64,000 bases of DNA from Squalus acanthias (Eukaryota), in contig CM059438.1 in the NCBI GenBank assembly GCA_030390025.1, positions 55,740,001 to 55,804,000 on the forward strand, written 5' to 3'. Both the position numbers and the translations under genes were made by a program. The stretch's first letter is position 1, and each line of letters begins with the position of its first letter. Shown here piece after piece: positions 23,930 to 36,430 of the stretch. The notes beneath the pieces were generated by a model. That model did not search any database. It had not been told where the DNA came from and saw nothing but the letters and a program-made list of their open reading frames with translations.

Positions 23930-26055
23930 AGACATAAGAACATAAGAATTAGGAGCAGGAGTAGGCCATACGGCCCCTCGAGCCTGCTCCGCCAGTTAAT
24001 TAGATCATAGCTGATCTTCGACCTCAACTCCACTTTCCTGCCCGATCCCAAATCCCTTGATTCCCCTAGAGTCCAAAAATCTATCATCTCAGTCTTGAAT
24101 ATACTCAATGACTGAGCATCCACAGCTCTTTGGGGTAGAGTTCCAAAGATTCACAACCCTCTGAGTGAAGAAACTCCTCCTCATCTATGTCTTAAATGGC
24201 CGACCCCTTATCCTGAGACTATGCCCTCTAGTTCCAGACTCTCCAGCCAGGAGAAATAACCTCTCAGCATCTACCCTGTCAATCCCCCTCAGTATCTTAT
24301 ATGTTTCAATGTGATCATCTCTCATTCTTCTAAACTCCAGAGAGTATCGGCCCATTCTGCTCAATCTCTCCTCATAGGACAACCCTCTCATCCCAGGGAT
24401 CAGTCTAGTGAACCTTCGTTCCACTGTCTCTAAGGCAAGTATTACATAGGATATACGGCACAAACAGGCCATGCTGGTGTTTCTGCTCCACTCGAGCCTC
24501 CTCCTGCCTTTCCTCATCTAACTCTATCAGCATAACCCTCTATTCCCTTCTCACTCATATGTTTGTCTAGCCTACCCTTAAATGCATCCATACAATTCGC
24601 TTCAACCACTCCCTGTGGTAGCGAGTTCCACATTCTCACCACTCTTTGGGTAAAGAAGTTTCTTCTGAATTCCCTATTGGATTTCTTGGTGACTATCTTA
24701 TATTGATGGCCTCTAGTTATGCTCTTCCCCATTCTCTCCGAATCCACTCTATCAAAACCTTTCATAATTTTATAGACCTCTATTAGGTTACCCCTCAGCC
24801 TTCTTTTTTCAAGAGAAGAGACCCAGCCTGTTCATCCTTTCCTGATATGTATACCCTCACATTTCTGGTATCATCCTTGTAAATCTTCTCTGCATCCTCT
24901 CCAGTGCCTCTATATCCTTTTTATATGGCGACCAGAACTGCACGCAGTACTCCAAGTGTGGTCTAACCAAGGTTCGATACAGGTTTAGCATAACTTCGCT
25001 ACTTTTCAATTCAATCCCTCCAGAAATAAACCCTAGTGCTTGGTTTGCTTTTTTAATGGCCTTGCTAACCTGTGTCGCAACTTTTAGTGATTTGTGTATT
25101 TGTACTCCAAGATCCCTTTGCTCCTCTATCCCCACCCTCCAAGTAATAAGTGACCTCCCTAATCTTCCTACCAAAATGTAATACCTCACATTTATCTGTG
25201 TTGAACTTCATTTGCCAATTATTTGCCCATTCTGTAAGTTTATTAATGTCCTCCTGTAACTTGTTGCAGTCCTCCTCAGTATTGACTATCCCCCCCAATT
25301 TGGTGTCATCTGCAAATTTAGAAATTGTGTTTTTGATTCCAAAGTCTAAATTGTTAATGTAAATTGTGAACAGCAGTGGTCCCAGCACTGATCCTTGTGG
25401 AACACCACTACCCACCTTCTGCCACTGTGAATAGCTACCCTTTACTCTTACTCTCTGCTTTCTGACCTGAAGCCAGCCAGCAATCCATTCTGCTACTTGT
25501 CCCCTGACTCCGCATTCTCTGACCTTATTCATCAGTCTAATATGGGGTACCTTATCGAAGGCCTTTTAAAAATCTAGATAAATTACATCCACTGCATTAC
25601 CCTTGACCACTGTCTCTGTTACCTCTTCAAAAAATTCAATAAGGTTGGTCAAGCAAGACTTTCCCTTTTGAAATCCATGCTATTTATTATATTTTTCGTA
25701 TCTAGATGTTCTTCTATTCTCTTTTAGTACAGATTCCATTATTTTTCCTACCACCAATGTTAAGCTGACTGATCTATAATTCCCTGGACATGTTCTATCC
25801 CCCTTCTTAAATATAGGTATTACGTTAGCTATCCGCCAGTCCTCTGGCATTACACCTTTTAACGAATTATTAAATATGTGGAGTAAAGTATGTCCTGCGT
25901 CAGATAAGGAGACAAAAACTGTGCACAGTACTCCAGATGAGGTCTCACCAAAGTACTGTACAATTGCAGCAAGACTTCCTGACTCTTGTACTCCAACCCT
26001 CTTGCAATAAAGGCCAAAATGGCATTTACCTTCCTAATTGCTTACTGTACCTGCA
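23930..26055 (-). mobile_element. Nested CR1 fragments (one family at 23930-24440 and about 25895-26055, another at 24440-25880)
   Basis: RT C-terminal ORF pieces (RPHLEYCVQFWSP, FFTQRVV) and a CATAAGAA-type tail at 23931. Confidence 0.88.
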
Positions 26056-26100
26056 CTGCAACAATCAGAGGTAGAGTCAATACCCTTCAATTGCACCACA

Positions 26101-26878
26101 GTCCCCGGGGTAAATACCCTCAGTGCCCCGGCCCCCGGGGTAAATACCCTCAGTGACCCGGCCCCCGGGGTAAATACCCTCAGTGACCCGGCCCCCGGGG
26201 TAAATACCCTCAGTGACCCGGCCCCCGGGTTAAATACCTTCAGTGCCCCGGCCCCCGGGTTAAATACCCTCAGTGCCCCGGCCCCTGGGTAAATACCCTC
26301 AGTGCCCCGGCCCCCGGGGTAAATACCCTCAGTGCCCCGGCCCCCGGGGTAAATACCCTCAGTGCCCCGGCCCCCGGGGTAAATACCCTCAGTGCCCCGG
26401 GGTAAATACCCTCAGTGCCCCGGTCCCCGGGGTAAATACCCTCAGTGCCCCGGTCCCCGGGGTAAATACCCTCAGTGCCCCGGCCCCCGGGGTAAATACC
26501 CTCAGTGCCCCAGCCTAAATACCCTCAGTGCCCCGGCCCCCGGGGTAAATACCCTCACAGACCCGGCCCCCGGGGTAAATACCCTCAGTGCCCCGGTCCC
26601 CGGGGTAAATACCCTCAGTGCCCCGGTCCCCGGGGTAAATACCCTCAGTGCCCCGGTCCCCGGGGTAAATACCCTCAGTGCCCCGGGGTAAATACCCTCA
26701 GTGCCCCGGTCCCCGGGGTAAATACCCTCAGTGCCCCGGGGTAAATACCCTCAGTGCCCCGGGGTAACTACCCTCAGTGCCCCGGGGTAACTACCCTCAG
26801 TGCCCCGGTCCCCGGGGTAAATACCCTCAGTGCCCCGGTCCCCGGGGTAAATACCCTCAGTGCCCCGGTCCCCGGGGT
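26101..26878. repeat. About 30-bp GC-rich minisatellite (CCCCGGGGTAAATACCCTCAGTGCCCCGG[T/C])
   Basis: Tandem units with shortened variants, adjoining the CpG island. Confidence 0.95.
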
Positions 26879-27300
26879 CAGTCACGGGGCCGATGCCCTG
26901 TCTGACGGGTCGCCTCTCGCAGGCCCTGGGCCCTCCTGGCCCTGGAGTTAGGCCCGAGGCTGAGTGGTGCCGGAGGAGGCCGCAGCCCGGGAAGGCCCGA
27001 ACGGCGGCACACGGGGCCCGAGTCCACTCCCAGCCCACCTCTAACATCACTACACCGCGGGACAGGCCTGGGGCACAGAGGCCTCAGACCGCCGGCTCCA
27101 GTAATACTCACCCCGGCCTCCAGCAACCGGGAAAGGCCGCAGCACCAGTCACAGCGGCTGGGCAACACCCTGCGCGGCGTCAGCACGCATCGAGCGACGG
27201 CGGCACGCACCGCGTCAGCACGCACCGAGCGACGTCCCGCGCTCTAAAACCCGGTCACAATCAGCAGAGTCAGTCTGTCAACCTCACCGGACCTGTGCAG
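26860..27300 (-). promoter_or_regulatory. CpG island with probable CCAR1 promoter and non-coding exon 1 (about 27112-27240)
   Basis: The most conspicuous non-repeat CpG-rich stretch upstream of the ATG exon. Strong minus-strand donor GG|GTGAGT at 27111. Confidence 0.65.
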
Positions 27301-27698
27301 CGGTCAGTGCAGTACTGAGGGAGCGCTGCTCTGTCGGAGGGGCAGTACTGAGGGAGCGCCGCTCTGTCGGAGGGGCAGTACTGAGGGAGCGCCGCTCTGT
27401 CGGAGGGGCAGTACTGAGGGAGCGCCGCTCTGTCGGAGGGGCAGTACTGAGGGAGCGCCGCTCTGTCGGAGGGGCAGTACTGAGGGAGCGCCGCTCTGTC
27501 GGAGGGGCAGTACTGAGGGAGCGCTGCTCTGTCGGAGGAGCAGTACTGAGGGAGCGCCGCTCTGTCGGAGGGGCAGTACTGAGGGAGCGCCGCTCTGTCG
27601 GAGGGGCAGTACTGAGGGAGCGCCGCTCTGTCGGAGGAGCAGTACTGAGGGAGCGCTGCTCTGTCGGAGGAGCAGTGCTGAGGGAGCGCCGCACTGTC

Positions 27699-28608
27699 AT
27701 AAGAATAATAGATGTAGGAGCAGGACTAGGTCATCTGGCCCCTCGAGCCTGCTCCACCATTCAATAAGATCATGGCTGATCTGGTCTTGGCCTCAACTCC
27801 ACTTTCCTGCCCACTCCCCATAACCCTTGACTCCCTTACCTTTCAAAAATCTGTCTATCTCCACCTTAAATATATTCAATGACCCAGTCTCCACCGCTCT
27901 CTGGGGAAGAGACTTCCAAAGATTCACGACCCTCTGAGAGAAGAAATTCCTCCTCATTTCCGTTTTAAAAGGATGCCCCTTTATTCTGAAACTATGCCCC
28001 CTAGTTCTAAATCCCCCCACGAGGGGAATCATCCTCTCAGCATCTACCCTGTCAAGCCCCATCAGAATCTTATACGTTTCAATATGATTACCTCTCATTC
28101 TTCTAAACTCCAATGAGTATAGGCTCAACCTTTCTTCATAAGACAACCCCTTCATCTCCGGAATCAACCTCGTGAACCTTCTCTGAACTGCCTCCAATGC
28201 AAGTATATCCTTCCTTAAATAAGGAGACCAAAACTGTACGCAGTACTCCAGGTGTGGTGTCACCAACGCCCTGTACAGTTGTAACAGGACTTCCCTACTT
28301 TTAGACTCCATTCCCTTTGCAATAAAGGCCAACATTCCATTTGCCTTCCTAATTACTTGCTGTACCTGCATGCTAACTTTTTGTGATTCATGTACAAGGA
28401 CCCCCAGATCCCTCTGTACCATAGCATTTTGTAATCTCTCTCCATTTAAATAATAATTTGCGTTTTTATTTTTCCTACCAAAGTGGATAACCTCGCATTT
28501 TCCCACATTAAACTCCATCTGCCAGATTTTTGCCAACTCACTTAGCCTATCTATATCCCTTTGGAGATTCTTTGTGTCCTCCACACAATTTGCTTTCCCA
28601 CCTATCTT
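27699..28608 (-). mobile_element. 5'-truncated CR1 (about 0.9 kb), copy 1
   Basis: TKIGG...QRDIDRL...PHLEYCVQFWSP...GYGEWAGKWS. Confidence 0.92.
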
Positions 28609-29300
28609 TGTCAGTGGGGCAGTACTGAGGGAGCGCCGCACTGTCGATGGGGTAATGCTGAGGGAGCGCCGCACTGTCGGAGGAGCAGTGCTGAGGGAGC
28701 GCCGCACTGTTGGAGGAGCAGTGCTGAGGGAGCGCCGCACTGTCGAAGGTGGCAGTATTGAGGGAGTGCCGCACTGTCGGAGGGGCAGTACTGAGGGAGC
28801 GCCGCACTGTCGGAGGGGCAGTACTGAGGGAGCGCCGCACTGTCGGAGGGGCAGTACTGAGGGAGCGCCGCACTGTCGGAGGGGCAGTACTGAGGGAACG
28901 CCGCACTGTTGGAGGGGCAGTACTGAGGGAGCGCCGCACTTTCGGAGGGGCAGTACTGAGGGAGCGCTGCACTGTCAATGGGGCAGTACTGAGGGAGCGC
29001 TGCACTGTCGGAGGGTCGGTACTGTGTGAGCACTGCACTGTTGGAGGGGCAGTACTGAGGGAGTGCCGCAGTGTCGGAGGGGCAGTACTGAGGGTAAGCT
29101 GCACTTTCGGAGGGGCAGTACTGAGGGAGTGCTGCACTGTCAATGGGGCAGTACTGAGGGAGCGCCGCACTGTCGGAGGGTCGGTACTGTGTGAGCGCTG
29201 CACTGTTGGAGGGGCAGTACTGAGGGAGTGCCGCAGTGTCGGAGGGGCAGTACTGAGGGTAAGCTGCACTGTCGGAGGGTCAGTACTGAGGGAGTGCCGC

Positions 29301-29497
29301 AGGCTAGAGTGCAGTTTGTCACAGAGTGTTAAGCTGCGAGTTTGGTGATTGAGGGAGTAAATCTTAAAGGTTAATTTCTTATTTTTATAAATTCTAGTCT
29401 TGTGTGCTTGCAATTAGCATTTAAATTTACTGTTTAAAGTTTTAAGTTTCTTCCAGCTAAGCAAGCTCTGTGCTGGCGAGCAGGTGTGATCGCTCTA

Positions 29498-29542
<45 letters not shown>

Positions 29543-32500
29543 CTCTATCTATCTCTCTCTATCTATCTCTCTCTCTATCTCTCTATCTCTGCCAGAGAGT
29601 TCACTTATTTAAATCTCAGCAATATAAATAAGGGAGGCTAGAGTGTAGTTTGTCACAGAGTGCAGATTGGAAAAGAGTGTTAAGCTGCGAGTTTGGTGTT
29701 CCATTCTTTTTCCATCTTTGTCAGCTTCCAGGAGAGCAGGAGCTAAAAAGCTGAACAAGAGGGGACAGAGAACCAGCGGTGAGTATTTCTACATTCCAGT
29801 CATTCAAGTAAAAGTAAGATCTCTAGTTTAGAGTAAGTAGTGTTTAAAGGGAAGTAAGGTCCCTGGTGTATTTAATATTCTTTAATTTAAAGGGAGTAAA
29901 TTAAGGGTAGGACATGGCAGGGCAGCTCGGCAGTGTGCAGTGCTCCTCCTGTGCTATGTGGGAAGTCAGGGACACTTTAGGTGTCCAGGGCGAACACGTG
30001 CAGGAAGTGTCTCCAGCTGCAGCTACTCGAAATCCGCGTTTCGGAGCTGGAGCTGCGGCTGGAGTCACTGTGGAGCATCCGCGAAGCTGAGATCTTCGTG
30101 GATAGCACGTTTAACAAGGTGGTCACACCGCAGGTAAAGAGTGCACAGGCAGACAGGGAATGGGTGACTGCCAGACAGAGTAAAAGAACTAGGAAGGTAG
30201 TGCAGAAGTCCCCTGGGTCCACCTCCCTCTCCGACAGATTTTCCGTTTTGGATACTGATGGGGGAGATGGTTTCTCAGGGGAATGCAGCAAGAGCCAAGT
30301 CCGTGGCACTATGAGTGGCTCAGCTGCACAGGAGGGGGGGAAAAAGAGTGGGAGAGCAATAGTGATAGGGGATTCTATCGTAAGGAGAACAGATAGACGT
30401 TTCTGTGGCCGCAGACGTGACTCCAGGATGGTATGTTGCCTCCCTGGTGCCAGGGTCAAGGATGTCACTGAACGGCTGCAGGGCATTCTGAAGGGGGAGG
30501 GCGAACAGTCAGAGGTCGTGGTTCACATTGGTACCAACAACATGGGTAGAAAGAGGGATGAGGTCCTGCAACAAGAATTTAGGGAGCTAGGTAGCAGATT
30601 AAAAAGCAGGACATCAAAGGTTGTAATCTCTGGATTACTCCCGGTGCCACGTGCTAGTGAGTATAGAAATAGGAGGATAGAGCAGATGAATGTGTGGCTA
30701 AAGAGTTGGTGCAGGAGGGAGGGCTTTAGTTTCCTGGATCACTGGGTCTGCTTCTGGGGAAGGTGGGACCTGTACAAGTCGGACGGGTTGCACCTGAACC
30801 GGAACGGGACCAACATCCTTGCGGGGAGGTTTGCTAGTACTGTTGGGGGGGCGGTGGTTTAAACTAACTTGGCAGGGGGATGGGATACGGAGTGGAGCTA
30901 TAATAGGGGGTGATGCACAGCCAAATATAGAGGAAAAAACAAGTCAGCCTGGAAGGCAGAGCAAATATGTAACGGCACAAGGGAGTATGGCAAGGCTGGA
31001 TGGCATTTATTTTAATGCAAGGAGTCTTGCGAGTAAGGCAGATGAATTGAAGGTGTTGATGAACACATGGGAGTATGATATTGTTGCTGTCACAGAGACA
31101 TGGTTGAGGGAGGGGCAGGACTGGCAGCTCAATATTCCGGGGTATAAAATCTTCAGGCGAGACGGGGTGGGGGGGGTGTCGCAATATTAATCAAGGAGTC
31201 AATTATTGCTGTAAGGAGGGATGATATCTTAGCGGGTTCCTCTAATGAGGCCATATGGGTAGAACTTAAAAACAAAAAGAGGGCAAGCACTTTGCTGGGA
31301 GTGTACTATAGGCCCCCAAACAGTCAGGAGGACATAGAGGAACAGATATGTAGGCAAATCTCAGAGAAGTGTAGGAATAATAGGGTAATAATAGTAGGGG
31401 ATTTCAACTTCCCCAATATTAACTGGGATAGTCAGAGTGTGAAAGGCTTAGAGGGTGCGGAATTCTTAAAGTGCATCCAGGAGAGCTTTTTGAGCCAGCA
31501 TGTAGAAAGTCCTACAAGAGAGGGGGCGGTACTGGACCTAATTCTAGGGAATGTAGCCGGGCAAGTGGTAGAAGTGTTGGTAGGAGAGCATTTTGGTGAC
31601 AGTGACCATAATTCGGTGAGATTTAAGGTAGCCATGGAAAAGGACAAAGATGGACTGGAAATAAAGGTTCTAAATTGGGGGAAGGCTGATTTTAATATGA
31701 TAAGGCAGGATCTGGCCAGAGTGGACTGGGATCAGCTACTTGTAGGAAAATCCACATCAGAGCAGTGGGAGTCTTTCAGAAAGGAAATAGAGAGAGTACA
31801 ACGGCAACATGTTCCCGTAAAGGTCAAGGGTGGGACCAACAAGCCCAGGGAACCCTGGATGTCAAGGAATATACGAGAATGAATTAGGAAAAAAAGGGAG
31901 GCTTTTGGCAGATACAAAGGACTAAAAACAGTGGAAGCCCTAGAGGAGTATAGAAAGTGCAGGGGGGTAATTAAAAAAGAAATTAGGAGAGCGAAGAGGG
32001 AGCTTGAAATAACACTGGCGGGCAAAATAAAGGAAAATCCCAAGGTGTTTTATAAGTATATTAAGGGCAAGAGGATAACCAGGGAAAGAGCAGGGCCCAT
32101 TAGGGACCAAAGTAGCAATCTGTGTGTAGAGCCAGAAGATGTAGGTGGGGTTTGAAATGAATATTTTGCATCTGTGTTCACTATGGAGAAGGACGATGTA
32201 GGCATAGAAATCAGGCAGGGGGAATTGTGATATACTTGAACAAATTAGTATTGAGAGGGAGGAGGTACTAGCGGTTTTAGCGGGCTTAAAAGTGGATAAA
32301 TCCCCAGGCCCAGACGAGATGTATCCCAGGCTGCTGTGTGAGGCAAGGGAGGAGATTGCAGGGGCTCTGACACAAATTTTCAGAACCTCTCTGGCCACAG
32401 GGGAGGTGCCAGAGGACTGGAGAACAGCTAACATAGTACCATTATTCAAGAAGGGTAGTAGGGATAAACCAGGGAATTACAGGCCAGTGAGCCTAACATC

Positions 32501-33863
32501 AGTGGTAGGGAAATTATTGGAAAAAATTCTGAGGGACAGAATTAGTCTCCACTTGGGGAGGCAAGGATTAATCAAGGATAGTCAGCATAGCTTTGTCAGG
32601 GGGAGATCATGTCTGACCAATTTGATTGAATTTTGAGAGGGGGTGACTAGGTGTGTGGATGAGGGTAGTGCAGTTGATGTGGTCTACATGGACTTCAGTA
32701 AGGCTTTTGACAAAGTCCCGCATGGGAGACTGGTCAAGAAGGTAAGAGCCCATGGGATCCAGGGCAACTTGGCACATTGGATCCAAAATTGGCTTAGTGG
32801 CAGGAGGCAAAGGGTGATGGACGAAGGTTGTTTTTGTGACTGGAAGCCTGTGTCCAGTGGTGTACCGCAGGGATCGGTGCTGGGTCCTTTGCTGTTTGTA
32901 GTGTACATTAATGATTTAGATATGAATGTAGGAGGTATGATCAGTAAGTTCGCAGATGACACGAAAATTGGTGGGGTGGTAAATAGTGAGGAGGGAAGCC
33001 TCAGGCTACAGGATATAGACGGGTTGGTCAGATGGGCAGAACAGTGGCAAATGGAATTTAACCCTGAAAAGTGTGAGGTGATGCATTTTGAGAGGACTAA
33101 CAAGGCAAGGGAATACACAATGAATGGTAGGACCCTAGGAAGGACAGAGGATCAGAGGAACCTTGGTGTGCATGTACATAGATCCCTGAAGGCAGCAGGA
33201 CAGGTAGATAAGGTGGTTAAAAAGGCATATGGGATACTTGCCTTCATTAGCCGAGGCATAGAATATAAGAGCAGGGAGGTTATGATGGAGCTGTACAAAA
33301 CGTTAGTTAGGCCACAGCTGGAATACTGTGTGCAGTTCTGGTCACCACACTATAGGAAGGATGTGATTGCATTGGAGAGGGTGCAGAGTAGATTCACCAG
33401 GATGTTACCTGGGCTGCAGCGCTTCAGCTATGAAGAGAGACTGGACAGGCTGGGGTTGTTTTCCTTTAGAGCAGAGAAGGCTGAGGGGGGACCTGATTGA
33501 GGTGTACAAAATTATGAGGGGCATAGATAGGGTAGATAGAAAGGAACTTTTCCCCTTAGTAGAGGGGTCAATAACCAGGGGGCATTGTTTCAAGGTAAGG
33601 GGCAGGAGGTTTAGAGGGGATTTGAGGAAAAACTTTTTCACCCAGAGGGTGGTTGGAATCTGGAACTCACTGCCTGAAAGGGTGGTAGAGGCAGGAACCC
33701 TCAACATTCAAGAAGCATTTCGATGAGCACTTGAAACGCCATAGCATACAAGGCTACGGACCAAGTGCTGGAAAAAGGGATTAGAATAGACAGGGCTTGA
33801 TGGCCGGCGTGGACACGATTGGCCGAAGGGCCTCTTTCTGTGCTGTATAACTTTATGACTATG
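29301..33863 (+). mobile_element. Near full-length CR1 LINE: 5'UTR, ORF1 (29914-30862, frameshifted), broken ORF2 (about 30957-33790), 3' tail
   Basis: ORF1 has a CxxC..CxxC zinc finger, a leucine zipper and an SGNH-esterase-like domain (GDS, PGA, GTN, DGLH). ORF2 has endonuclease and RT motifs with stops. Tail ..TATGACTATG. Confidence 0.93.
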
Positions 33864-33898
33864 TCGGAGGGGCAGTACTGTGGGAGCGCTGCACTGTC

Positions 33899-34815
33899 AT
33901 AAGAACAATAGACGTAGAAGCAGGACTAGGTCATTTGGCCCCTCGAGCCTGCTCCACCATTCAATAAGATCATGGCTGATCTGGTCTTGGCCTCAACTCC
34001 ACTTTCCTGCCCACTCCCCATAACCCTTGACTCCCTTACCTTTCAAAAATCTGTCTATCTGCACCTTAAATATATTCAATGACCCAGCCTCCACAGCTCT
34101 CTGGGGAAGAGAATTCCAAAGATTCACAACCCTCTGAGAGAAGAAATTCCTCCTCATCTCCGTTTTAAAAGGGCGACCCCTTATTCTGAAACTGTGCCCC
34201 CTAGTTCTAGCTACCCCCACGAGGGGAATCATCCTCTTAGCATTTACCCAGTCAAGCCCCCTCAGAATCTTATACGTTTCAATAAGATCACCTCTCATTC
34301 TTCTAAACTCCAATGAGTATAGGCCCAACCTGCTCAACCTTTCTTCATAAGACAATCCCTTCATCTCCGGAATCAACCTCGTGAACCTTCTCTGAACTGC
34401 CTCCAATGCAAGTATATCCTTCCTTAAATAAGACCAAAACTGTACGCAGTACTCCAGGTGTGGTCTCACCAATGCCCTGTACAGTTGTAACAAGACTTCC
34501 CTACTTTTATACTCCATTCCCTTTGCAATAAAGTCCAATATTCCATTTGTCTTCCTAATTACTTGCTGTACCTGCATGCTAACTTTTTGTGATTCATGTA
34601 GAAAGACCCCCAGATCCGTCTGTACATTAGGATTTTGTAAAATCTCTCCATTTAAATAATAATTTGCGTTTTTATTTTTCCTACCGAAGTGGATAACCTC
34701 GCATTTTCCCACATTAAACTCCATCTGCCAGATTTTTGCCAACTCACTTAGCCTATCTATATCCCTTTGGAGATTCTTTGCGTCCTCCACACAATTTGCT
34801 CTCCCACCTATCTTT
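33899..34815 (-). mobile_element. 5'-truncated CR1 (about 0.9 kb), copy 2
   Basis: Same truncation point and flanks as 27699-28608. Confidence 0.92.
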
Positions 34816-36140
34816 GTCAGTGGGGCAGTACTGAGGGAGCGCCGCACTGTCGATGGGGTAATGCTGAGGGAGCGCCGCACTGTCAGAGGAGCAGTGCTGA
34901 GGGAGCGCCGCACTGTCAGAGGAGCAGTGCTGAGGGAGCGCCGCACTGTCGGAGGAGCAGTGCTGAGGGAGCGCCGCACTGTCGGAGGAGCAGTGCTGAG
35001 GGAGCGCCGCACTGTCGGAGGGGCAGTGCTGAGGGAGCGCCGCACTGTCGGAGGGGCAGTACTGAGGGAGTGCCGCACTGTCGATGGGGTAATGCTGAGG
35101 GAGCGCCGCACTGTCAGAGGGGCAGTACTGAGGGAGCGCCGCACTGTCGGAGGGGCAGTACTGAGGGAGCGCCGCACTGTCGGAGGGGCAGTACTGAGGG
35201 AACGCTGCGCTGCCGGAGGGGCAGTACTGAGGGAGCGCCGCACTGTCGGAGGGGAAGTACTGAGGGAGTGCTGCACTGTTGGAGGGGCAGTATTGAGGAA
35301 GTGCCGCACTGTCGGCGGGGCAGAACTGAGGGAGCGCAGCATTGTCGGAGGAGCAGTACTGAGGGAGCGCCGCACTGTCGGAGGGGCAGTCCTGAGGGAG
35401 CGCCGCACTGCCGGAGGGGCAGCACTGAGGGAGCGCTGCGCTGTCGGAGGGGCTGTACTGAGAGGGGGCTGTACTGAGGGAGCGCCGCACTGTCGGAGGG
35501 GCTGTACAGAGGGAGTACCGCACTGTTGGAGGGGCAGTACTGAGGAAGCGCTGCACTCTCCCAGGGGCAGTACTAAGGGAGTGCTGCACTGTCGGAGGGT
35601 CAGTACTGAGGGAGCGCCGCACTGTCGTAGGGGCAGTACTGAGGGAGCGCCGCACTGTCGGAGGGCAGTACTGAGGGAGTGTCGGACGGGCAGTACTGAG
35701 GTAGCGCCGCACTGTCGGACTGGCAGTACTGAGGGAGCGCCGCTCGGTAGGACGGGCAGTACTGAGGGAGTGCCGCACTGTCGGAGGGGCTGTACTTGGG
35801 GAGCGCCGCACTGTCGGAGGGGTAGTACTGAGGGAGCGCCGCGCTGTCGGAGGGGTAGTACTGAGGGAGCGCCGCACTGTCGGAGGGGCTGTACTTGGGG
35901 AGCGCCGCACTGTCGGAGGGGCAGTACTGAGGGAGCGCCGCACTGTCGGAGGGGCAGTACTGAGGGAGTGCCGCACTGTCGGAGGGGCTGTACTTGGGGA
36001 GCGCCGCACTGTCGGAGGGGCAGTACTGAGGGAGCGCCGCACTGTCGGAGGGGCAGTACTGAGGGAGCGCCGCACTGTCGGAGGGGCAGTACTGAGGGAG
36101 CGCCGCACTGTCAATGGGGCAGTACTGAGGGAGCGCCGCA

Positions 36141-36430
36141 CGTTCGGAGTTGCCGTCTTTTGGAGGAGACGTTGAACCGAGGCCCCGTCTGCTCTCTCGG
36201 GTGGATGTAAATGATCCCATGGCACTATTTCGAAGAAGAGCAGGTGAGTTCTCCCCGGTGTCCTGGCCAATATTTATCGCTCAACCAACATTACAAAAGC
36301 AGATTATCTGGTCATTATCAGATTGCTGTTTGTGGGAGCTTGCTGTGCCAATTTTCCTACATTACAACAGTGACTACACTTCAAAAGAACTTCTGAGGTT
36401 GTGAAGGGTGTTCTGTAAGTGTAAGTTTTT
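36141..36430 (+). mobile_element. Deu-domain-like SINE 3' body
   Basis: GCCGTCTTT..GAGGCCCCGTCTGC..GATCCCATGGCACTATTTCGAAGAAGAGCAG..CCTGGCCAATATTTA. Confidence 0.75.

Larger units (their letters stand above)
27309..36140 (+). repeat. 33-bp SINE-derived minisatellite (GCAGTACTGAGGGAGCGCCGCACTGTCGGAGGG) in blocks 27309-27698, 28609-29300, 33863-33898 and 34816-36140, interrupted by CR1 insertions
   Basis: The unit matches the Deu-SINE internal segment, and the array continues directly into the SINE body at 36141. Confidence 0.92.

Noticed and set aside
33993..36270. ORFs of 300-500 aa with STAPPTVRRSL repeats fused to RT (also 27793-29413)
   Set aside because: Chance read-through of a stop-free 33-bp minisatellite into truncated CR1 fragments.
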